Positions 17,199 to 24,000 of a DNA stretch of 24,000 bases are shown here, in pieces. Source of the stretch: Candidatus Heimdallarchaeota archaeon. Lineage in GTDB: Archaea; Asgardarchaeota; Heimdallarchaeia; Heimdallarchaeales; Heimdallarchaeaceae. Under the pieces are notes generated by a model that was given only the letters and a program-made list of their open reading frames with translations, was not told where the DNA came from and made no database searches. The translations under genes and the position numbers were made by a program. Where the stretch lies: contig BPTK01000014.1 in NCBI GenBank assembly GCA_023705905.1, positions 10,740 through 34,739 of the forward strand, written 5' to 3'. Position 1 is the first letter of the stretch, and every line of letters begins with the position of its first letter.

Positions 17199-18953
17199 TT
17201 AATCCTCCTTCTTCCTAAAACCTCTATTTAACAAAGAAAGAACAAAAACACCTGTGATTCCAAGTAAATACAAAGCATTTGTTTGCTTTAATTCTATATC
17301 TACTGTAAAATGAACAATTTTTGTTCCCAAATTACCTTTAATGTCTCTTGCTGTAATAGTAAACTCATATTTTCCACCAGTCAAATTGTAATAACTGTAT
17401 TTTATATAGTACGCATTACTCAATAGAGTTGAGCTGTCGTTAAGGATAAGATTAACTTCGTCAAGTTTAGAATTATCATAAATAGACCATGTTACAACAA
17501 TATCTTGAGAATCTAAGATTTCATTCTCTTCAGGAGATGTTATTGATATTAATGGTTCCAAATAATCTTCTAGGATTACTTCATCATCTATCAATATTAG
17601 TGGTTTTAAATCAGTATAGGTTACAGAATAGATAGGTATTCTTTCTATTCCATAGACATATTTTTGGAAATCTTCTGTGAAATCCAAACCAGAAAATTCA
17701 TTTAATTCTTGTAGTAGTTCTGGTGTAGACATGAGATTTTCTGGAATATCAGAACCTGCATATGTTAAATTGTATTTGCTTATCCACAATTGCATAAACT
17801 GATTTAAAGTCAAGGAAGCATTATTATAAAGAATTTTATGAAGATACAGAGCAAATATTTCCCCCTTTACATAATAAGTTCTTGCATTTGGAGTCATGAA
17901 ATAGACCGGCATGTCTACAAGAGGCAAATCTAATCCTTCAGCTATAAACTCATCATAATATGGAAGTTCGGCACTATTAATGAAATCAACAGCTGTAAGA
18001 GGTTCTAAACCAAGATTACCATAAAGCGAATCAAATCCTTCCAAGATCCATTTATCTGAATCTTCTGTAACTGGGTCAAAATACTCTCCTCCATAATTAC
18101 GTTCAACATTTATCACTGCACCTATCCATGCATGACAAACTTCATGGCTCTGTTTGGAACCTGATTGGCTCATCAACCACTCTATTTCCGAAGGTGGATA
18201 AAAAAGCCCTAAAGTATCTTCAGCTACTATTGCACCATCATTTTGTATTACTATTCTATATTCATCTATAGGAAAGTACAAGAATTTATACCATAGTCTG
18301 TTGAAGATGTTAAACCACTTATCAGCTACATTTTGCTTGTTGTATGACGTTGAAACCTCATTACCAAAAGCAATCACAACCTTAACTCCATGTAAGTGAT
18401 ATTCATAAACATCATGTGTTTCACTAGAATAGTTCAAATAATCTGCAGGATACCAGATGTATTTCCAATTACGGTACTCTTCCCAAGAAGAAGTAGGAGC
18501 GCTTATATCATTTGAATCAATAGGTGTCATTACTTTGATATTTTCTGATGTTGTTAATACAATCCCTTGATTATCTAGAACGTTTAAGTAATAGGTATAA
18601 TCTGTTCCATAAACATGGTTTGTAAAAGTAAATTCTGATGTTTCATTATCAAAAACACCGATCAGATCAATTCTATCAATGAATTTGCGATAAACCTTAA
18701 CTCCAGTGTAATCACCAATTATATCCCAACTTACTAGGACAGATGAATAGTTGAGAACATTCAATGAAAAATCATCAATAGATGGAACTGTAACAGATTT
18801 AAGTTGATTTATTAGTGACGAATTATTGCCCATCCCAATATTTATCGGAACAAAAGCTTGACAAACAAACCAAATTGAAAATAAAAAGAAAAGATATTTT
18901 CTTGATTTTTTAATATTAGAAAGCAGAAACAATTTCTTAGCAGCTGAACTCAT
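17199..18953 (-). CDS. Secreted, membrane-anchored M61/M1-like gluzincin peptidase with FN3/Ig-like domains
   Basis: Signal/TM at N-terminus; FN3-like segment; SHEVCHAW (HExxH) followed by KWILEGFDSLYG glutamate motif; Ig-like C-terminal part and TM (NALYLLGITGVFVLSLLNRGFRKK). Confidence 0.8.
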   Translation of the reverse strand: MSSAAKKLFLLSNIKKSRKYLFFLFSIWFVCQAFVPINIGMGNNSSLINQLKSVTVPSIDDFSLNVLNYSSVLVSWDIIGDYTGVKVYRKFIDRIDLIGVFDNETSEFTFTNHVYGTDYTYYLNVLDNQGIVLTTSENIKVMTPIDSNDISAPTSSWEEYRNWKYIWYPADYLNYSSETHDVYEYHLHGVKVVIAFGNEVSTSYNKQNVADKWFNIFNRLWYKFLYFPIDEYRIVIQNDGAIVAEDTLGLFYPPSEIEWLMSQSGSKQSHEVCHAWIGAVINVERNYGGEYFDPVTEDSDKWILEGFDSLYGNLGLEPLTAVDFINSAELPYYDEFIAEGLDLPLVDMPVYFMTPNARTYYVKGEIFALYLHKILYNNASLTLNQFMQLWISKYNLTYAGSDIPENLMSTPELLQELNEFSGLDFTEDFQKYVYGIERIPIYSVTYTDLKPLILIDDEVILEDYLEPLISITSPEENEILDSQDIVVTWSIYDNSKLDEVNLILNDSSTLLSNAYYIKYSYYNLTGGKYEFTITARDIKGNLGTKIVHFTVDIELKQTNALYLLGITGVFVLSLLNRGFRKKED

Positions 18954-19144
18954 TATTTATCACACGTATCATTATAGCTTCAGGAATAGCTCTTTATATT
19001 AAAATTCATATTTAAGAATTTTGGAAAAAAGTCATTATTGAATTCTAGCTTGAACTCTTTTCTTATTTTTATTGAACGAATCTCAATGTGAATCAGTGCA
19101 TTTTTACAAAAAGTATAAAATGTTTAAAAATTTAACATTGTTTT

Positions 19145-20242
19145 GTGAAGGTCGTTACTGGTAAAATTAAACTCGAACTTAGAAACGGTATATGTATAGA
19201 TTCCCCTCAGGTTTCAGAACTAGATAGAGACTTCCAAACTTATTATGGTTACATTTACAGTTCCTCTTTTGGTCGAAATTCTTCTGTTTTTGCTGAAATT
19301 ACTGAAATTAATTATGAAACAGACAATAACGAGTCGATTATCAAACTTGACAAGAGAATTGCTGGAGAGATAGCTGATAATGACATAGCAAGTATGATCA
19401 TCTCTCCTGCTCCTCCCCAAGCAGACACAGTTTTTCTCGCCATCCCCAGCTCTGTTGGTCTCCCCCAAGGAGATTGGACGAATATTGTTAAAGAGAGCAA
19501 TTTGGGTAAAATAGTCGATTATGGCAATAATCTTAGTTTCGTTGTTCCTTCAGAGATTAGAGAGCCTTATGTAGTTCAAAGTCAGATTCTCACCTCTCTT
19601 CCCTATCCTCCTGTTATCATCCACGAAGGCACTAAGTTTCAGATACTAAAGAAAGACCAAGCCAACCTTGCTGTTAGTTTGCAGAAAGGATATATTTCTA
19701 GGAGTAAACGAGCTAAAGATTTAGAGGTTAGAGTAGCAGCAGGTTACCATGAACAATTATTGGCTTTGAAAAATGGTCAGCTAGAAAATCTGGGAAGATC
19801 TCTGGAGTTCACTACTAAACCAAAGACAGCTTTTGAAGCTATAAAAACAGCTTTTACAACTTACTATACTATTGAAGAAAACGTCACCATTGATACTGAA
19901 ACCAATTTTGTTGGAAACATCATGTTCGCAACTAGTAAAGATCTGCAAAACATTCAACTTGTTGAAATGATTGTCAGTGGTAAGGATAATGCTGGCCTTT
20001 TAGCCATTTGGATTTATGGTGAAAATAGACCAGTTATTGAAGAAAAATTGCAAAAAGAAATTCTACCAAAAATAGGTATAGTAATTGAGGGGATGAAGGA
20101 AGGACCTGAACTAATTCAAATGTATTGTGCTGGAAATTGCGGAGAAATGTTGAAACTAGAAGATATGGCAGATAATGGTATAATTCAATGTCCAGCATGT
20201 GATACACCGAACATGATACCATCGAGATTAAGAATTCACTAA
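19145..20242 (+). CDS. Uncharacterised protein, possible CDC48/p97 N-domain-like beta-barrel region plus C-terminal zinc ribbon
   Basis: IIKLDKRIAGEIADNDIASM...ADTVFLAIPSS...LGKIVDYGNNLSFVV...PPVIIHEGTKFQIL is reminiscent of the CDC48-N two-subdomain pattern. Zn ribbon YCAGNCGEML...IIQCPACDTPN. GTG start with TATA-like AGTATAAAATGTTTAAAAATT at about 19112-19132. Confidence 0.5.
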   Translation: MKVVTGKIKLELRNGICIDSPQVSELDRDFQTYYGYIYSSSFGRNSSVFAEITEINYETDNNESIIKLDKRIAGEIADNDIASMIISPAPPQADTVFLAIPSSVGLPQGDWTNIVKESNLGKIVDYGNNLSFVVPSEIREPYVVQSQILTSLPYPPVIIHEGTKFQILKKDQANLAVSLQKGYISRSKRAKDLEVRVAAGYHEQLLALKNGQLENLGRSLEFTTKPKTAFEAIKTAFTTYYTIEENVTIDTETNFVGNIMFATSKDLQNIQLVEMIVSGKDNAGLLAIWIYGENRPVIEEKLQKEILPKIGIVIEGMKEGPELIQMYCAGNCGEMLKLEDMADNGIIQCPACDTPNMIPSRLRIH

Positions 20243-20518
20243 TAATGGAGTATTAGAATGTCAGATTCATATACAGGTATTATATCCGGATTTGAAAAAA
20301 TAAAGTATTAGCTTCTCAAACTTAAATTAAACCATATAAGCATCTATAATACTAGAAACTTCTTAAGTATAACATGCATTCTACTTAATCTTTTTAATCT
20401 ATCCCACCTATGGAGAGTAATATTAACATTCGTTAGTTGAATACACACAATATTCAAAAAGCACAAATGCTAAAGAACTTCAAGAAAGATTATTGAGAAG
20501 ATATTAGATGGTGAATAT

Positions 20519-20998
20519 ATGAAAATAATAAGCCTTTTGGGAGTTAAAGAGGATTTTGAAGATCAAATGTTTGATAAGCTTGAAAAGTACACTGTTCTTC
20601 AGTACATAGCTTTAGATCAAGAAGGAAAACACGAAGTAATGGTAGGTCACACTGAAAGAGAAACTTACGGTTTAAACAGAAAACGTGTGGTGGTTTTTAT
20701 TGATAACTACCCTTTTGCTGAATTTGTTGCAGCTGATGATTTTGACAAAACTGGAGACCTTCTATCAGAAATCAGATTAATTCAAGAAGATGACCATATG
20801 GATATGTGTGAGTATCCAGAGGAAGGAATACCAGCAATCTATGCAAACTTCACAGTAGAAGGATTACCGAATAGGATTAAAGCTAAAGGAGTTCACAATG
20901 CTTGGGCTGTTGTAGCGAACATTAGCGATAACAAAACAATGATAGCTTTAGCTTTCCTAAGAAAAAAGGAAAAAGAGATCTATTCAAAGAAGAAATAA
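20519..20998 (+). CDS. Hypothetical protein (159 aa)
   Basis: Intact ORF with ATG and protein-like composition; no family recognised. Confidence 0.6.
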   Translation: MKIISLLGVKEDFEDQMFDKLEKYTVLQYIALDQEGKHEVMVGHTERETYGLNRKRVVVFIDNYPFAEFVAADDFDKTGDLLSEIRLIQEDDHMDMCEYPEEGIPAIYANFTVEGLPNRIKAKGVHNAWAVVANISDNKTMIALAFLRKKEKEIYSKKK

Positions 20999-21059
20999 AT
21001 TCTTCTGTATCAATGTAACGAGATGAGTTATTTTTCCCACTTTCCCCACTTATAGGTAG

Positions 21060-21260
21060 TGGCAAATAATTTTGAGGACTCTTCCCAACCCAAGAACGTA
21101 CAAGGTAGCATAGCAGTAAGTAGTAGCGTAGGGACTTTCAAGTTCTGGGATTACACCTCCAACACACAGTGTTAGTGGAGGTGAGAGGGTTCATCTCCTC
21201 ACCGGGACTCATTACTGGAGACAGTGTTATTGAGCACCTTAGGTACTCACTCCAGCTCCG
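21060..21260 (-). ncRNA. Candidate omega RNA (reRNA) at tnpB 3' end
   Basis: Stacked hairpins: CACCTCC-AACAC-aca-GTGTT-agt-GGAGGTG (21154-21183), GGTGAG...CTCACC (21180-21203), CTGGAG...TGAGcACC-tta-GGTaCTCA...CTCCAG (21215-21255); position matches known TnpB guide RNAs. Confidence 0.6.
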
Positions 21261-22717
21261 GGGGTAAGCAGATGACTCTGCTTTGTCTGTAGCCATTGGC
21301 TTAGGACAGGGAAGACACGAAAAGAACTGAGAGGGAAAAACTTCCCACTAACTAGATCTTTTATTGAGTTATACTTTGGTTGCAAAACATACTTGATTAG
21401 TCTTTTTGCTATGTTTTTCGCTCCATTCAAATCAGCATTAACTTGATATCCACAGTTGTTACAGATAAAGGTAGGTTGGTTGGGACGGGTAGTGTGATAG
21501 GAGCCACAGCGAGAACATGTAGAAGAGGTCCACGATTCACCAATAGCCAGGATTCTGTACTCTTCCCAACCATGAAGTGAGAGCTTGAATTTAAGTAATT
21601 CTGCAACTCTTCTATAATTCCATTTATGGACGCTTTTACGTGTTCGTGGTTGTTGGTTTCCTCGATAATGACTCTTACGGATGAGGATGGGAAAACCTAC
21701 CACCACATAAAGGTCATACCTTTTTCCAACCGAGAGAATGTATTTAACGAGTTTATTGACATAGGTGTGGTCAGTTAGATTATGTTTCGCTCTTTGCCTC
21801 TTTCTAAGCAATTTCAGTTTATAGAGAACTTGTTTTCTCTTTCCAAAACTCAAACTAGGTTTAGCTAAAATCTTCTGTAGTTTGGCGATTTCTCTTTCTT
21901 TTTCCTTTAGTAGTCTTTTTCGTGTCTTATCAGACCAAAATCTGATCTCGTGACGATTAATTACTCCTTTCGGAGTTAAGAGTGCACTTACTGCACGTTT
22001 ATTGATTCCTAGATCTATCCCCAGCACAGCTGGAGGATGAGAAGAAGAGTATTTATCTGGAGCATGAAGCAGTATGAAATGTACCCACCATTCCTTTTTC
22101 TTGGGATAGTAGAGCACTTCAAGAGCCTGTATTTTTCCTTGTTGGAGTTTATATTCGTGATAGGGAGAACATGCCAGAGGTAACCACAATTTTTCGTGAT
22201 TGCGAGTGTTGTTTTTCCGCGTATCTAGAGAGTCTCTTATCCCTACCCACCATCGAGCAATGGAGTTGGAAGGGGAACAAGTAAGAATGAACCTATTCTT
22301 ATTTACTGATTGTGTTCGAGGTATTTTCTTTGGTGAAGTTTTTTTAGCAGGGGAAGAGTTGAGAGCTTGTTGACTGTGATAAATAGCTGTTGCGTTGTCT
22401 CTACATTCTTGTAGTTCATCATGAGAGGAGCGAGGAAAGCGTTTCTTCAAATCATGTCTAACCTTTGGGCGAGATGTGTATGCAGTATTTTTTGTCGTTG
22501 TCAAGGTTAGTTGATCTAGTTTAGTTTTATTCACTTTTTTCTTCCTATTTTTTACACTCATAAGGTGATTTTCATTATGGTAAATTACCTTAAGAAAATG
22601 GTGAATAGTTCTTGAATCTCTTCCAGTAATCTGTTCTAATTTTCTCTTTTTCCGAGCAGTGAGCACTTCTGTTTTAATTTTCACCTTTACAGTTGTTCTC
22701 ACTCTATTTCTCGTCAT
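21239..22717 (-). CDS. tnpB: TnpB (IS200/IS605-type OrfB) RNA-guided nuclease, RuvC-like with zinc ribbon
   Basis: AVLGIDLGINKRAVSALLT (RuvC-I Asp), YVVVGFPILIRK (RuvC-II region), GESWTSSTCSRCGSYHTTRPNQPTFICNNCGYQVNADLNGAKNIAKR (zinc ribbon plus RuvC-III Asp). No TnpA in the window. Confidence 0.92.
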   Translation of the reverse strand: MTRNRVRTTVKVKIKTEVLTARKKRKLEQITGRDSRTIHHFLKVIYHNENHLMSVKNRKKKVNKTKLDQLTLTTTKNTAYTSRPKVRHDLKKRFPRSSHDELQECRDNATAIYHSQQALNSSPAKKTSPKKIPRTQSVNKNRFILTCSPSNSIARWWVGIRDSLDTRKNNTRNHEKLWLPLACSPYHEYKLQQGKIQALEVLYYPKKKEWWVHFILLHAPDKYSSSHPPAVLGIDLGINKRAVSALLTPKGVINRHEIRFWSDKTRKRLLKEKEREIAKLQKILAKPSLSFGKRKQVLYKLKLLRKRQRAKHNLTDHTYVNKLVKYILSVGKRYDLYVVVGFPILIRKSHYRGNQQPRTRKSVHKWNYRRVAELLKFKLSLHGWEEYRILAIGESWTSSTCSRCGSYHTTRPNQPTFICNNCGYQVNADLNGAKNIAKRLIKYVLQPKYNSIKDLVSGKFFPLSSFRVFPVLSQWLQTKQSHLLTPGAGVST

Positions 22718-22858
22718 TCAGGGATCAGTATTTTTAGTAGATTTTCCTATAAAAAGCTAACATTAATCTGGGAGAAGTAGGGGAGAAACAATCATGGCTA
22801 CTCCAAAGGAAGAAGAAGAAATAAAAATAATTAGAGAGAAGTGGTTTTCTTTTTCTAC

Positions 22859-24000
22859 TTATTGTTGTGCAATATTCTCCATTGAACCAATTATCTTTTT
22901 CACTACTTCCCAGATAATTGCAACGCTTTCTACTTCCACATACTCTTCTGTTGTATGAACATTTTTTATCGTTGGACCAATTGATGAAACACTAAGTTTT
23001 GGATTTAATTTTAGAAACATCCCACACTCCAATCCTGCATGTAATGCTTCCAGCTTAACTTCCTTTCCTAGTACTTCTTCATAATTTTCTTTAACCATCT
23101 TAAGGAAAGGAGAATCTAAATCGGGTTTCCATCCAGGATAAGTTTCTGTTAAACTCACTTCAGCTCCTAATGATTCACCTAGGATCTTGATTTTTTCTCT
23201 TGCTTCATTCAATTTTTCGTCAACTGAACTTCTCGTGCTTACTGATATTTCTACTCTATCAGCTAATGTCTTAACCACTGCTAGATTGTTTGAAGTTTGA
23301 ACCAATCCCTCAATTTCTGAACTCATAGATATCACTCCATGGTGTAGTTCGGAGATTAATGAGCAAATATCAGCTGTTTGTTCTGCTGAAAATCCTTTTG
23401 CATCTTTTAGTTTTATTTCAGATATCTCTATTTTTATCTTAGGTTCAAATTCTTTCATCATTGAACCAGCTGTTCTCTTCCAATGATTCAAAACTTTCAA
23501 TACCATAGCTTTGTTTCCTTTAGGAACAAGAAAATCACAAGTAAACTCTCCTGGAATAGCATTGAGTACTGTCCCCCCAGAAATATTGCTTAGCAATAGT
23601 TTAGCATTTTTCTCTTCTTGTTTTTCTAGATAATCTTGTACCTTTGTTAATGCATCTACTCCCACTTTTATAGCATTCAACCTTCTTTTATCAATTTCCA
23701 TCCCCGAATGCCCGCCTAGCAACTCACTAATCTCTAATCTTATTCCTTTCCAACCTTTAACAGAGATCTTTTCTACGGGGATAGTTAGTATTGTATCTCC
23801 TCCTCCAGCACTGCTAATTGTTATTTCTCCCAAGACTTCGCTATCAAGATTAAGAAGATAATCACCTGTAAAGAACCCTTTTTTCATTCGAAGAGCACCA
23901 GTCATACCAGTTTCTTCATCAACGGTCAAAAGCACTTCAAGAGGACCATGTTCTAGTTCTTCATCAATTAGAGCAGCAAGACCTAGCACTATACCTATAC
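22859..24000 (-). CDS. pepD: Aminoacyl-histidine dipeptidase-like M20 peptidase (PepD), partial; N-terminus beyond right edge
   Basis: Minus strand verified (TTA at 22859-22861 is the TAA stop, preceded by ...AQQ). GIVLGLAALIDEELEHGPLEVLLTVDEETGMTGA, NLDSE, GGHSGMEIDKRRLNAI are PepD motifs. Frame still open at 24000. Confidence 0.88.
   Translation of the reverse strand, partial: IGIVLGLAALIDEELEHGPLEVLLTVDEETGMTGALRMKKGFFTGDYLLNLDSEVLGEITISSAGGGDTILTIPVEKISVKGWKGIRLEISELLGGHSGMEIDKRRLNAIKVGVDALTKVQDYLEKQEEKNAKLLLSNISGGTVLNAIPGEFTCDFLVPKGNKAMVLKVLNHWKRTAGSMMKEFEPKIKIEISEIKLKDAKGFSAEQTADICSLISELHHGVISMSSEIEGLVQTSNNLAVVKTLADRVEISVSTRSSVDEKLNEAREKIKILGESLGAEVSLTETYPGWKPDLDSPFLKMVKENYEEVLGKEVKLEALHAGLECGMFLKLNPKLSVSSIGPTIKNVHTTEEYVEVESVAIIWEVVKKIIGSMENIAQQ

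Larger units (their letters stand above)
21030..22760 (-). mobile_element. Solo-TnpB (IS1341-like) insertion element; ends not precisely defined
   Basis: TnpB ORF plus structured GC-richer 3' flank in an otherwise AT-rich region; boundaries estimated. Confidence 0.6.

Noticed and set aside
20243-20518. Intergenic region inspected for tRNA or structured RNA
   Set aside because: No cloverleaf or strong hairpins seen by eye; AT-rich only.
5431-23989. Track strand '+' for ORFs 5431..6627, 10300..13896 and 22859..23989
   Set aside because: The listed proteins are only obtained from the reverse complement (stops TTA/CTA/TTA at the left ends; ATG or in-frame continuation at the right ends), so they are reported as minus strand.

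Overview
AT-rich archaeal window. The eukaryote-like content suggests an Asgard-type genome, but that is inference. The standout is a compact minus-strand four-gene cluster at 14151-16942. It encodes a UBA5-like E1 with in-domain catalytic Cys and Zn-binding CxxC pairs, a JAMM-motif protein, an 87-aa UFM1-like modifier whose C-terminus is already a mature-style ...Val-Gly, and a UFC1-like E2 whose true N-terminus lies upstream of the ORF-track start. By recalled-sequence comparison, all three conjugation components resemble the UFM1 pathway more than classical ubiquitin. Other supported content: large surface or membrane proteins (FG-GAP repeats, beta-helix plus TSP3-like repeats, FN3 plus M61-like peptidase), two LRR proteins, a TM-anchored protein and the giant surface protein sharing a recurrent C-terminal '(I)DxLLxQFxxWE..GKKK' module, an SPFH-like protein, a winged-helix-like protein, a CrtI-like FAD oxidoreductase, a possible standalone CDC48-N-like plus Zn-ribbon protein, a solo TnpB element with a candidate omega RNA, and the partial end of an M20 PepD-like dipeptidase. 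Three ORFs labelled '+' in the supplied track (5431..6627, 10300..13896, 22859..23989) translate only from the minus strand in the given sequence. I report them as '-'. All homology calls come from motif reading and remembered sequences, not database searches.
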